A stretch of DNA of 64,000 bases from Haplodiscus bocki. Its lineage: Eukaryota. Location of the stretch: positions 32,240,001 through 32,304,000 of the forward strand of contig OZ296656.1 in NCBI GenBank assembly GCA_965655095.1, in the 5' to 3' direction. The notes beneath the pieces are model-generated. The model searched no databases. It was not told the origin of the DNA and saw only the letters and a list, made by a program, of their open reading frames with translations. Below, piece by piece: positions 40,420 to 53,766 of this stretch (position 1 is its first letter; each line of letters starts with the position of its first letter). The position numbers and the translations under genes were made by a program.

Positions 40420-42548
40420 GGTCGAGCGTACAGTGGGTGAAGTTAAACTACCAATCAGATATAGTCACTATTGTTCATCCTAAATAAATGCTGTTTGGCG
40501 GAGTGTGAGGCCTTGCATCTGTATTACCGTGTAGGAAAGTCTAAGAAGCTCTCATTGTTTTAAGTTTCCTAAATTTGCCCTGCTAAACGAAGCTGCGTAA
40601 GTTCTACTAGCGGGGACTTGGTAAACAAAGAAAGAAGACAAAAGAAGATGAATTGCTTGGTGAATATGCGGAAAAGGCAGTCGGTATAAAAAATGTAAAT
40701 ATGCACCAGATAAGATGAATTATCGGAAGAGTGAGATTAATAGAATCAAAATTTGAGCAATTTAAATTCTTAAAATCTAGTAGAAAACTCAAAGTTCCAA
40801 AGCCTCCGTTTTCTTCAAAATTTATTCTTTTTAAAAAGGCAAACCGCTTTCTACACAATCTCCTCTGTTGCAAGACCCGGTTCCGACTCAAATGAGGATC
40901 GGGACTGAAGTTCTTTCAGTTCTCGATATGCGTGAACTTGAATTGTCTCCTCCCCTTTAGCTGGGTATCCTGGGTCTGAAAACTTCTTGGGACTCTTTTA
41001 CCGCGTTGATGTGGAGGCTCTGGAGGATTGAGCTAACTTCACGAAAATTTATAAATGACCGTCTTGGGTTTTTGATTGAAGATCCCGAAAATTCATGAAC
41101 TTTGTGCAATTTTCACATAATTATGTACGGTAATATTTGGGAAAAAAACGAATTCTACGCTACATCACTTTGAAAAAATAGAAGTTAAAAGCTCTAAAAC
41201 CCGGCTTCTGCAAGTTGACAAAGTACCAAGGAACTCAGTGTGTGAAACGATTTGATAGTTGGCCTCCTGCGACACTTTGAGTCCAGCTTCAGGAACTTGT
41301 GGAATCCGGAAGATTCTTGGCCAGTAGATTAGGCCCTGTGTCCACTTCGTCGTCCACATCAAAAGAGAATATATAATAAATGAGTAGTGAGAATAATTCT
41401 ACTAGATCAAGCAAGGTAATGACTAACGTATGCCAAAGTGGAGCGGAGGATTTCTTTATGTTTTCAGCGGGTTGAAGCACCTTCCGGTTATCTTCAATTG
41501 GCTAATCGGTCAGTGGAGGATAGTTTTTTTTGTTGGGTTGACAGCGGGTGAAGCCCTAACGAGTAGTGCAACCAGGATGATCCTGATGTTAAATGTCAGC
41601 ACACAATACGGAAATATCGTGGAAAAAATTCGATGAGTTTTAATTGAATTTCACTTTGGACCTGTCTTAAATTATTTTCATGAGTTGTAGTTGAATTTCG
41701 GCTACGAAAAAAAGTGGAATTGTTTTGAACAATTTTGAAGAGCAGTAACTGAATTTCGGCTAAGACACATCTTGCAATTGTCTCAGAATATTTTCGAACA
41801 GAAGTGATTGAATTTTGGCTGAGACTCAATTTGCAAAAGGCTTGGAAAAAATTTGAGGTTTGGGCAGTTGAGAAAAAAGAAATTGCTTTGCTTCAAAAAG
41901 TGAGATTATTCAGGAACTTAAGTGAAGGCTGAGCGTAGAAGAGTTTCGCTTCGGGTAATCAAGCGAGTGAATGAGAGCGAGCTCCTCAAAATTCTGACTG
42001 AGCACTGATTGCTTATGCCTCGTTTGGTCACGTGACCACTTCATGTGACCTGGCATATTGGTCATGTAGCCAAAAGGAAAAACCCACTAGGTTGCGGGAA
42101 TTAGAATTTTGTTTCTTTAAAAAAAATGTTGGAAGTTTGAAACTTTAACCGAATAAATCGAGCTCTCTATCAATTTTATCTTGCTGCCGTAATGACGGTC
42201 ACTATTTACCAGTCAACTTTCTTGTATCCATTCTGTCGTCAATTTTGTACTTTATTGCACGTCAGACTTGGAATCGTCTTTGTCTTTGCCCTGGGTTGTT
42301 GCAGTTGCAACGTCCCTTCCAGTCTGCGTGGTAAGTAAAATTCAACTCCTTCATAATCTCCTAATTTTCGCAAGTCAATTTCGAATAAAAAATGAACAAA
42401 CTGCACTAATCGCTTCAGGTATTTATCTGAAGAATGTTATTTCGCGAGTTTTTCTTTTAACGTCAAAAATTCATGAAGTTAGTTTTAACTTTTCGTTAAA
42501 ATGAAGTCCATAGTTTTGTAAGGTTTGAGCGTTAGCTCTGACACGATA
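40420..42548 (-). repeat. 5' LTR (~2130 bp)
   Basis: Diverged direct repeat of 33937-37083; outer end cacgata (TATCGTG on the minus strand). Confidence 0.75.
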
Positions 42549-43349
42549 GCGGAAGCTTCTGCTCTTATGTAAAGTTGTTTGGCGAGCGAATTTGGCATTG
42601 CCAAAAAAGGCATTGCGAGATTTGGTCTCAATTGTAAATTACCTAAGGCTGCACGTGTTGCTAGATTGTTTTCTCCGGTTTATGAAAAGGTGTACTTTTT
42701 CTGAATTTCTTCTGCGGGATAAAAAATGGTTCGAAATTGCAAGAGGGGCATCATAATGGGGGCGGTTGCTATCTTTCTTAGTTCTTAACGCCTTTTCGCG
42801 AAATAGAAAAATGAAAAACAGCTTTTTACGGAATTGGGAGCATCAGTGAATTGTCAAAATTTTGAATGTTAGCATATCCGAGATCCTGTGTATTAAACAT
42901 TGTATTTTGGTTGGTATTGGCTCATACTTTTGATTGGCGCTAAAAACTTATGACGAGACTAAGTCATCAGAGTTCTACTTAAAGCTGCTGTTTTCTCCTA
43001 GTTGAAGGTAATTGGAGGAAATTAAAACTTTGAGTACTTTTTCATCGGTCCGAATCTGTCTATGGTTCGAATTTGGTATGTTTCCAAATTGTCGCATTAC
43101 CGAAAAATTGGTACACTGTCCTATTGAGAAGAAATCGTTGATAGTGGAAGATCACATTTTTTTCATTTCGTTTCGAAGTAAAAACTAAGTTGCAGCGGGA
43201 GAACAATTTTTTAGACTATTATTTTAGAAATATTTTTTGACAAACTCGGAAAAATTTGGTGAAGTAAAAAAAACTTTTTAGCATGCAATTATATCTTATC
43301 GTGCATTTGGCAGATTTCATGAAAAGAAACAACGTTTAATGGTGTCCTT

Positions 43350-43671
43350 TCATATATGAAACATCGGAAGAAAATAATGATAACCTTCATCAGTCAAGAT
43401 GTCAACTTGAAGTAATTGTTCGCAATCACTCTCCGAGTCGCTCATCCAATCATTTTCCGCGAAAGAGGGAAAGGACTGGTTGGTGTATTCGAGCCACGAG
43501 GACACATCCGAACTGGTCGTCGTCGTCGCCGTACCCGATTGGGAAGCAGAGAAGGTGTTGCTCAATGAACCAGCGTGGGAATAATCAGATCGTTCTGTTC
43601 TCTTGGTTGTTCTGGTTGTTGTTTCCTTTCCATATTTCTTCACATTCTTCTGCACTTCCTGTTCTTTCTTG
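43350..43671 (-). CDS. Probable terminal exon of a Ser/Thr-rich host protein
   Basis: Clean acceptor ctcttcattctcag|, phase 2, open for ~106 codons to the stop; composition looks coding. Confidence 0.5.
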
Positions 43672-46600
43672 CTGAGAATGAAGAGCAATATTTAAAGTTA
43701 AAATTCATATAGTTTTCTGCTGAATTCAAACTGCTAGTGGGCCAAAATATCGAGCGATACTTCCCATCAAAAAAACTAATTAGGTGGGCTAGTGGTACGT
43801 TGTCACAGGCAGAGACTAGTTCATTTTCACTAGTTAAAACAGAACACTAACCAATGGTACAGCAGGGTTTTGAATTTGAAGTAATTAGATTTAGTTGAAA
43901 GAAAAATGTGTTACTTACTCGAGTTAAAGAATGAATCTCGCGTTTGTGAAACTGTCTGTAGATTTAGCAGTACTTTCGAGTTGCAAAAAAGACCCGCCAA
44001 GACCCGCAACAAAAGAGTTCCGATAAAAATGATGAGTCTGAAAAGTCTGAATTCAGGAAAAATAGTCTAGGGGAGTGAAAAACTTTCCTTATCAAAAATG
44101 TCAAGTAACAAAAACAGAAACTAAAACTGAAGACTCTAAGCTAACACTGTCAGCTTGATTGTGACCCGTAAGGAAAATCATTCTGTAGTTGACCTTTTGA
44201 ATTACCTAGACTCAAATGCGAGCATGACCCAGCTGTGGAGATTGCAGGTGGTCATTATCATGCAGGAAAGTTGACGAGTCTAATACCTTTTCTGTACTAA
44301 CAGCTATTTTGCGCAGGATTCCGTTGATGCGATATCTTCAGGAAAAAACGCTGCTTAAGTTTTATAACCTATTTCAAATGTAAATTCGGAAAAAAAATAT
44401 TGAGGAATATCGATAAGTAAGTCTCAATGTCTCAAAAATTGAAATTTAGTTGGCTCGATACACTCACTAACATTAAAGTTTGGTGTCTTGATAACAGAAA
44501 ATGAAATTTATTGTCAAAAACTGTGACATTTATGTCATAATTCTGCTCTTAAGAGTTTCCTTGAGGAAACAAAATTTACAGAAAATTGAAGCTCCATCTT
44601 TTTTTAATTCAACTACCATCGTCTTCAACAACCTCAGAAGAAAAATATATACTAAACCTGTACTCCAGAGAGTGACATGAGCCATAAGAATGACACTAAA
44701 AAAAGGAAAGACCAAATTAGAAGCGAAAGCCAAAAATGGCTGTTTTTTTTACCACGAAACGCTGGCAAACGCCACTTTTTTTGTTTAAAAACGGCGGTTT
44801 TGTTCCTCATGGTAACTGAGGAATTTCAGTTTTTGTCCGCATATGTACCTCTAGCGTGGAAATATTTCCGACGAACTTTCTATCAAAGAAATGATTGTAA
44901 AGCTTATTGCAGCTTTTTAAGCTCGAAAACAATATTTGGCGATTGTTATTGTATATTTACATTCGCAACACATTGAGCAAATGCTGCTAGTGGAAAACAA
45001 TCATCAAAAACTCCTGGGTCAAGTTCTTCTGGGAACACGCTGCTACTTTGTCGGCATAGAGGAGAAATCACCACAAATGACGATAACGTTTTAGTAAGAG
45101 GCCTGTAAAGACTTTTCTCCAATTAAGACTGCCTTTGACGTCTCTATGATTCCAGTTTACTGCCATTATGGCTTCCACACCAGAAAAAAAACTGCTTCCA
45201 CAAAACGCTAACTTTCTCATATCATGAATCAAAAAATCGTGGAACTAATTTTTTTTTCTAAAAGGGGTTGCTTTGTTCTTAGAGTGATCTTCCAAAATGT
45301 GGGATCCCGGTATCTGCGACAAACTGCCAAACTCGGACAAAAAAACATTCAACAGTTTCACCTTTGAGTTGTAGACTTCTAAAAAGGTCAGACAATTTAA
45401 GTCTGAATGTTTTTTAGCTTTTTGATATCTTTGATCCTGGATATAATGTAAACTTCACACTTTTCAGCCACCGAGGAGTGCGGCTCCTCAGGTGCAGGTT
45501 TACAGACCGAAGGTTTTGCGATATTCACAAATCTCGTTGGTGGTAAGATGTTGAGTTCTCTGAAGTATAAAGTTATTCTTAAAGTTAATCTTTTAAAAAG
45601 GATGGACTATGCGCTCCTTGGCTTCAAAGGGTACCTACTTCAGTAAAAGCTCTAGTGTTTGTTGCGAAAGTTATCGGAAAACTGTGCAATAGAAATCACT
45701 CTACACCCTTGAGGATAAGTACAAGACGTCCAGTTCACAACCATGCGTTAGCCGGTACAGCACACTTTGGGATATTTACTTGATTTCCGACAGGGAGATG
45801 CTACTAACCTGACCAACTTTGGCTCACGGTTTTCAATCAGCCTCTATCAGAGCAGGACCTAAGCGGGTTTTTACATAATTTATTCCCGTCCGTGGGTAGA
45901 GTGAATTTCTCCTAATACTCCTAAACGTCACCTTGATTCCAGTAATAATAAACCGTTTGCAAACGGGTTGTCTTCACTTGAGCACGACAGTTATAATTGA
46001 AGTAGCCCTTTGCGACGACCCAATCGCCAGCAGGTCAAAACACCACGCAAAAATTTAATCAAACAAAACTGACATACTAGGCTCGTTCTAGCCAAGGAAC
46101 GACTAGTTCACTCCGTGTAATTACAAATCAACCACCCACAAACAAGAATCTCTACTCGTTTATTTATCAAAACGAAATCCAGCCCAATTCCCTATTCAGA
46201 AAAATTACATTCCAGGTTAGCAAAACTTTCCAATTTGAAAACGCTTTGGAGTTAGTACCACCCTCCAGCAAAACGATTGTCAGAGTTTGAAACGGAAAAA
46301 TTGAGTCTGAAAAACAATTTGAAAAAAAAAGTATCGGCTTTTAAAAGATTAAAAGAAACTAGATGTTCAAAAACTATTTCTGGAAGTTGATATGAAGTTT
46401 CAACAGAAAATCCTTTTGTCCATAAAAAACTTTTGTCTCTCTTACTGAAACTTCAACGTGAAACACTTTAGACTAAATCTCTCGCAGTTTACTACATCTA
46501 GATTGCGAAATTTACCCCAAATGCAAACGGGTGTAACTGTTACTAAAATATCCAAATCACAAAATCACTTTCAATGCAATTCACAACACAACCCAGTGTA

Positions 46601-48140
46601 GTCAGGTTAAGTTGCTGGCGAAAGAAAAACATTTTGTTACAGCAACACTGTCAATTAAAGGGTTTATACGATCCTCCAGAATAAGTTTCATTCAGACTTA
46701 CTACAAGAAATCCAACAATGAAGCCGTTCCTTGGAGTGGCCGGCCAAGATCCCAGTTTTCGTATTCCGAATATCCCAGAAGAGTACGTATGAAAACTCCC
46801 AATTAATGCAACGGCCGCCATCCGAGGGAATTCCAAGAATTCAACATTTTCACGTACTCTAGAACTTCCTTGTTACTCCCGGACTGCCCAAGCTTTATCT
46901 ATTTTCGTCCGTTTTCATCGGTGCTATTTAGAGGAAAAGCGAGCGTATATTTAGATCGCCCATCTGGTCTAATTTACATGTGCCAGACTAAATCTCAGCA
47001 ATTGTCGAAAAAATCCATTAAGTCTGTCGGAAACTTCAAAAACTTACCAAAAAAAAGAAATTACCTCATGAGATTTCTCAGTTTTATCTTGGCATTGACG
47101 CCATTCTATCTGACAGGTGTTCGATGATAGGTCAACCCCCTTGGACACCTGACATACCCAAAATGGATGAAACAAATTCCATTTACGTCCTTGTCAAAGT
47201 TTTGGTTCCCTTCGAACTTCGTTGTAACTTAAAAATGGATTGAACTTTCAGTATTATTGATCAATTGCCTTGGCAATTCAGATTTTCAAGATTTGAATTT
47301 CTCGCTCTCGTAGTCTTTTCAGAAGTTAATTACCTTATAAAGATGTTTTGAGTGGACTCGAAGTCAACCAAAGTAAAGATTTTGTCAAGTTGAATAACAT
47401 ATTTTGTGCCAATTGTAAAAGTTTTTGGCGATTTAGGGTTTAATGAATACATATCAGATGATTTTAGTTGGAGTCAATGCGACTTCACCTGCTCGCTGTT
47501 AATTTTATGGCTCGCGAATTTCGGCGTTATTTGAAATGGCAATTGGCGTATCCGCAATGATTTGGAAAGATTTTTGGTTAGTTTCCATGTTACGATTAAT
47601 CTATGTCACATAAAAGGTCCGTTTTTTTTGGTTGTATTTCAGGCACTTGTGTTTATCTAGGTTGCTTTACAATGCCAAGGGTGAAGTTTCTTGTTTTTTT
47701 ATGTCTAAAATTTTCGTCTTCAAATGTTTTTTTTAGATAAAACCCGTGTTTTTTGACGTTATTTCTTCTTTTGTACATTTTTCTACAATCATGATGCTTT
47801 AAATTTGCGCCTGTACGTAGAAGCTTTGCCAATGTCAGCGACCATGTCACGAGGAGCAGCCAAGACTACACAAAAGTATTTTTCCACTGTACCAGCTTTG
47901 AGAATTCGAAGGTACTTTTTTGGTGTAACAGCGGAAAAAACGCAATGAGTTTCTATTGTAGCAGCAGAAATCACCACCACTATTTTTTCTGTATATGACC
48001 GTTAACGTGTAGTTGAAACCTTCGAGCGCAAACGTTTCTACAACGCCGCTATTTTTCTGTGACTAATTTGCACCGCAGTTAACGCCATTATACCGAAAAA
48101 TGTTCAACCAATATTTCGACCCAGACCTAAGAAGACCAAC

Positions 48141-48388
48141 CTTCTGCCGGTTGTGGTAGTGGTTGTGGTATGTTCATTTTTGGGTTCATAAGATCCAGAA
48201 CTTTCTCCAATGGTGTCATCTCTTTTAACTCTAACTCCGTTCACTTCAACCTCATTGTGGTTTTGTTTGTGTATATGTGGCAGTTCAGACCGAGGACTGG
48301 GCGTTCTTAGTTTTTTGGACTGAGCCCCGAACTCGCAGTTATCTCCTGGGGTCACTATCAAGGGTAGGTTCAAAGCATAATGGTTCAT
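48141..48388 (-). CDS. Probable first coding exon of the same gene
   Basis: ATG at 48388; donor GAAG|gttggt at 48140, phase 2, which joins in frame to 43671 (AG|C = Ser); both exons carry poly-Thr runs. Confidence 0.42.
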
Positions 48389-48502
48389 TGGTTAATATTG
48401 TCTTGTTGGCAAATACACTTGGTAAAGTTGGTAATAACATAATAATAGCTCATGGTTCTTCATGCATGAGCATTATGATAATTTTTCAAAAGGGTTTGTT
48501 AC

Positions 48503-48577
48503 TCAAACTTGATTATTCAAACTTGATTATTCAAACTTGATTATTCAAACTTGATTATTCAAACTTGATTATTCAAA
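48503..48577 (+). repeat. Perfect 14-bp tandem repeat (tcaaacttgattat), ~5.4 copies
   Basis: Directly visible. Confidence 0.95.
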
Positions 48578-49949
48578 TTTAGGCAATCATGGACAAACTT
48601 CTGAATTGCGCGACCCTTTTGATGAAAACGTCACGGATGAGAACTGAATATTCGGAAAGTTGCTAAAGAAATCATTGACATGTTGAATTGTCGGTGGACA
48701 TTTGGGATTTCAATCCTCGTGTAGACGGGTCGTTTTCCTCGGGCTGGTTCAAATTGGTCTGAGAGAGGTATACGCCCAGCTTTCGTAGTAAGTTTGAGGT
48801 AAATCCAGGGTTGTTCAAATTGTACCTGCTACCGAAGTTTTGCCGGGCTCAATGAGACGAAAAAAGGATTCTTAAATTCTTCCACTGCAATAAAACACTT
48901 AGTTAGTTTGAGAAAGGTACTATAAAGTTCTAAAAAATGTTGGTTGTCAAATATAGCTCATTGTATACTTCTGATTATGATTAAAGCACATTTCTTTAGA
49001 AAGGACAACTTGAACAGCAACATATAACATGAAAAATGATATTAGTGTAGTTAGTAAACGAGTGCACCCGCGAGTCGTCGACTGGAACACAAGTACATTG
49101 ATGTCAACAACAGTTTCAATGATAACGTCATGTTTTTTCCATTAGTTTTTTTGAATAATTCCCGCTGCGATGAACCAAAGTTTGGGCGCCTGGGTGGAGT
49201 GCAGTCCTCTTTTTGACTTCTGTATAGCCAACCGGACAAACGTTCCGATTGTGTTACGTTTCGTCAGACAACTAGCTATTTGATTTATCCAAAATTGAAT
49301 TTTCTAGCTGGATAATTAAAGTCAAAGAAAGTTCAAGTGCAAGGAAGACAAGTTCAACAAAATTCTCAGATTTTAAAAGCAGACTCAACGAATGATGGAA
49401 ATGTAATGAATGATGAAGTAAAAAACAACACGACTCTTCAAAAGGACTTTCAGTGTTTTCATTGTCTTGAATTCTGCTCTCTGGTTTACTTATTTTATAA
49501 TATTTGCAGACGTTTCTGTGCCTTTTAGCGGTTACTATTGTATTCCAGTTCAGTTTTTGAGTGCATTACGTTTGTAAATTTATAACTTTGTGGTGCCATT
49601 CTGGCGATTACTTTGTGCAATTTAATATCAATTTATAATTCATATAAACAAATGCCAAAATATAAAAACAAAGAATGAAATTTCAGCAAAAGAGACAAAA
49701 AGCATTTTTGAAGAAGAGAGGATTGCTAAGGAACTGCCAGCTGCCTTATCGTAACCTTTTAATTGTAGAAACCCGCTTCGATGCGCTCGGTTGATCACGT
49801 TCCACAATAATTTGGCTGCTTTTTGACCTTGCTTGGCAGGGATTTCAGGAGGATTCTGGTCAAATGTTCTGCTGTGGAATCTGATTATCAAGAAGGAAGA
49901 TATCCCAGTGATCAAAGCCATCCAGGATTGCAAATGTGCAGAAAAAATA

Positions 49950-50065
49950 TGGCAGCCATGCCATGATCATGGCATGATCATGGAAAGCTTTCTATGGCTC
50001 AGCAAGTTCCATGACAAGCATTCCATGACTTATTATAGACCATGAAATGGTTGCCATGTCATAAC
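49950..50065. repeat. CATG-motif cluster, probable MITE subterminal remnant
   Basis: gccatgccatgatcatggcatgatcatgg..ccatgac..ccatgac..ccatg..gccatg. Confidence 0.5.
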
Positions 50066-50519
50066 TTTTCGACGTGTATGAACAAAATTTAGTTTTCGTT
50101 TACGAAAATTGCAGAATACATATTTAAGAACCTAGGGTGCTTGTTCTTCGAAGTAACCCCATTGGACAAAAAACTCCATTAGATATGTTTGACCGAAAAA
50201 GTGTCTTTCAGAGATGTCCGTCAGTTCGGAACTATACTTTCCGATGAGAAAATCCAAATGAATTCTCCTTATTAATCGGAGTTTTTATTTATACTGCCAG
50301 TCTAGTACCGGGGCTTGTGTGCTTTTTCATATTGTACTTGGTGATCTGTTTGGAGTATAATTGATCTTAAATGTTAAATGTATTCCGCAGGTGAAATCTT
50401 CAGCAGGTAAACACATTTTTGCTCCCCAAAACTTTTGGTGCAAAAAACTGGAATCATTGATTTGGTTTCCTCTTCTGTAGTTTTTCATTCAACTAATTTT
50501 TGCATTTTGAGTGCCGAGT

Positions 50520-51750
50520 TTAGTGAAAGAACCGAGAACATCAATCTCAAATACTGCAGTGGAACGGGCTGCAATCTTGGATGTTTTGGATAACTCGGAT
50601 ATCAAAAAATAGTAAAAGCAGTCAGCTGGAAGCCAAAAGTTTGCGCAAACCTACAGCAGCTAAAGATTTAGAGCCGTTAAATAATCACTTAGCGCTCTTT
50701 AGGGTGCCAAAACGAACCAGGTCAGATCTAGGTCGACCGATCAAGTCAAAATCGTTTAAAAAATTTTCTAAGTGGGGGTTCATTGAACATGGTCAGTGTC
50801 CAATTGGAAACAAACATGGAAACGGAAAATAGAGCGATGCATTCGCACCACAACTGATTGACTGCAGGCTTAAAAAAATCATTCTTGAGAATGATAATAA
50901 AGGCTTGTTGTGGGTACTTTTTGTTTCACGGACGGCTTCCGGAAAGAAAAACAAGTTGTAGGCTGAAGTAAATATGGGTCCAAAGACAAGAAAATTGCAG
51001 ACGATGTGAAACCATCACCTTGTACTATTTCAGAAAAAGAGCCGATTTTCCAGCTTGAGTTGAGCAAATTTCTTCATGATGCTAATTTCATTATGCTGGT
51101 TTGAGAGCGTAGTCTTGGTTCTAAACAAGAATTAACTTCTCCAAAGCATTGTGGATGCACCTTGAATGAGTCTAATCACGCGCTGTCACTGCTACCGACA
51201 AAAAAGACTAACCGCCGATTAAAAGAATAAAAACAAAGAGGTATGCCGCCCATGCACCTGCTAATGCCAGGCCGGTTCATCACAATGTGACACAAGAGAC
51301 GCATAACGATTCAGTCAATCAGCACGAACATTTGTAAGCAAACGAGCCAATAAGAGCTGCCAAGCATGCTGCCGTTAAATATCCTTGTGGAAAAAAGACC
51401 AAAAAGCCCAGCCCTGCAAACACGAAGGAGCATAGATCTTATTTTGGCGTCCATAAACGAACCCCTCAGTACCACTTGCTTGATTCGACCGATGATGAGG
51501 AGTTGCCACAACAACTTGTGATTCATAATGTTGATATCAAAAACGCCTCTGTACCAGCATCTCAAAAAAAGTTACACCAACTACTTCTGCCAAGGTAGTC
51601 CAAAAACAAGTTGAAAGAGAGCTGCTTCATGACAAGTCTGAAAAAAATTTGATCTCACATCAAGGGGCGAAACCAAAGCAACATGTTTTAAACGGAAAAC
51701 GAAACACGTGAAATCGGTACGGCATGTGAGCGATGATCACAGTTATTGAA
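50520..51750 (+). pseudogene. Gypsy pol 3' remnant: integrase core and C-terminal tail
   Basis: EAK.LRKPTA..L..LNNHLALFRVPKRTRSD.G...KSK.FKKF....FIEH..CPIG..HGNGK/IERCIRT (rve D,D35E region), then ISEKEP..LV*ERSLGSK. Confidence 0.8.
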
Positions 51751-51990
51751 GCTAAAAACCAAATAAGGATAAAAAGCACATTAAGCAGGAGATGTTGGAT
51801 AAAATTGTTGACATCTGTTCTCCTATGATTCAAAAAAGCAATCATTTCGTTATCTCATTATGGTGAATGAGTTGCTCTAATATTTTACGTTTTTTGTTTT
51901 GTAAAATTACTAACCACTTGTTGAGTTTGAGTTGCGTGCCTGGTTACTTGTGTTACGGAAATTGTATGAGCACTGTCAATATTGACGAGG

Positions 51991-52132
51991 TGTTGTAGTG
52001 GCTTGGGTCTTGTCACTACGTAGTTCACATTTTAACGCTAGTTCATTTTGAAGTGCGATCCTCAATGTAAAGCGTCAAAAGTTGTGCTCGCGCACACCAC
52101 ACCAACAACCTGTCAACTAAGCTACTCTAACA
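51991..52132 (+). repeat. Possible short 3' LTR of the integrase-bearing element
   Basis: Purine-rich gacgagg followed by tgttgtag...ctctaaca; no partner LTR in the window. Confidence 0.25.
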
Positions 52133-52678
52133 ATAGCTCAAAACATTTATTCCCAAGTTCCCAAGTAATTGTTCTTATCAGTGTGTAGAAAAATTTGATC
52201 GTCTCAAGGAAGTCCGAAGTTTTTCATGATCGAGAATATCTTTTACTTTTTTCAAACCTTTCTCGACAAAGTATCATACGAAGATCGGGTTCAAAACTCA
52301 GAAAATGCACAACAAAATCTTTGCCAGACAAATACGATTTCACATAATGGGTGGCTAGATCTAAAATCACCAACGTTTCTTGAGCTCTGTTCATATATGT
52401 TATTTTTTTCTGAAAAGTTAACGAAGGAAGACTTCGGGTGTCTTTGCATGTTTTTTATGAGATATTAAAAATATTAAATGAGTCCTCTCACCGATTCTAG
52501 TGTTCCACTCGGAAAAAGAATGAAAACAACTTGCTCAAAGTCGGTCATCGAATTGCTGATCTTCCCTACAAACTGTAGAGAGCTCTTACGAATCTAGTCC
52601 TCATAGCAAGCTGTTGAGTATCTCAATGGTGGGTACAGTGTGAGAAGCATCTGTGACGACATCTTCAAAAAAATTTTA

Positions 52679-53430
52679 GCTCAGGTAATTTTTACCTGAG
52701 CCACCTGAGAGATAATCGGAAACTCAGCTGCTTTATTCAAGTTTTCAGTTTCTCTTGGCTTCCAGTTTGAGTTGCCTGAGAAGTACTAAGGTGGATTACC
52801 TGAGATACCAAAATAGGCGATATCAATAAATCATTATAACGTAGTCCTTGCTCAGCAACGTCAAAATATGAGATCTTGTGACTCAATATCAACTCTAAGG
52901 CTGTATTTTGATTTATTTTTTGCCTAAAACTATCTTAGTCCTGCAGTCATTGATATGGAAGTTGAACTGAGCAGAAACTGGTAGCAACAAGTGACTTTAC
53001 AAGAAAAACCGATAGGAAAAGTTCATTTCAGAGCACGACTCAGAATTTTTTAGCTCGGGAAATTCATTCTCTAGAATTCAAAAGAGACAAATTTTGACTT
53101 TGCTTTCTTGATAAGCTCAATTGGAAAAATTCAACTTATATAATTCAACGGAGAAGTCTGCAAACAATAGACATCACCAAGTTCACAATAAAAACACAAA
53201 CAAAGAACATTGTTTTGAAAAAAAAATCTTTACGTGGGAAACTCAAGCATTCTCACATCAGAAACTCATGTAAAAATCACCAGAGAGGTTAGGTAATATT
53301 ATGTGAAAAACTCAGGTAAAACTGCTCATGTCGTTATCTCTGAAGGACCTCAGCCAACTTTCAGGTTTTTTAGGCGATCCTCAGATTCTCGCTTTTTACC
53401 TGAGTAACTCAGGTGAAGTTGATGAGTTCT
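52679..53430. repeat. MITE-like repeat with CTCAGGT/ACCTGAG motif clusters at both ends
   Basis: ctcaggtaatttttacctgagccacctgag (52680) and ctcaggtaaa..tttacctgagtaactcaggt (53310-53415). Confidence 0.5.
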
Positions 53431-53766
53431 CATGCAACTTTCCGGAGAAAATTTTCCATGTTAATGCAGAAATGACCTCAATTGACACGAATTTCGCAAA
53501 AATAATAAGAAAATACTCCTGGCAAAATTGAATCCAAAGATTTGCTTCAAAATGACATTTATTATACTACAAATCTTTGTTAATTTAGGTGGATCAAATA
53601 TGAACAAAGACCAAATTTATTTTATTCAACTAATATATAACATAATGTCACCGAAAAAGCTATATATTGAATATTCTACATATAGAGAAAGAAGATTTCA
53701 CTGATGGACATTTCCAGCAGGAGAATCTTTTTCGTTGGAAATTTCCATTACATCAACTCGTTTTGT

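Larger units (their letters stand above)
33937..42548 (-). mobile_element. LTR retroelement with very long LTRs, gag-like ORF and no recognisable pol
   Basis: Direct repeats 33937-37083 and 40420-42548; PBS TGGTGCGAGCAGTGCGG next to the 5' LTR; purine-biased tract next to the 3' LTR; flanks gcag/gcgg (4-bp TSD with one mismatch). Confidence 0.8.
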
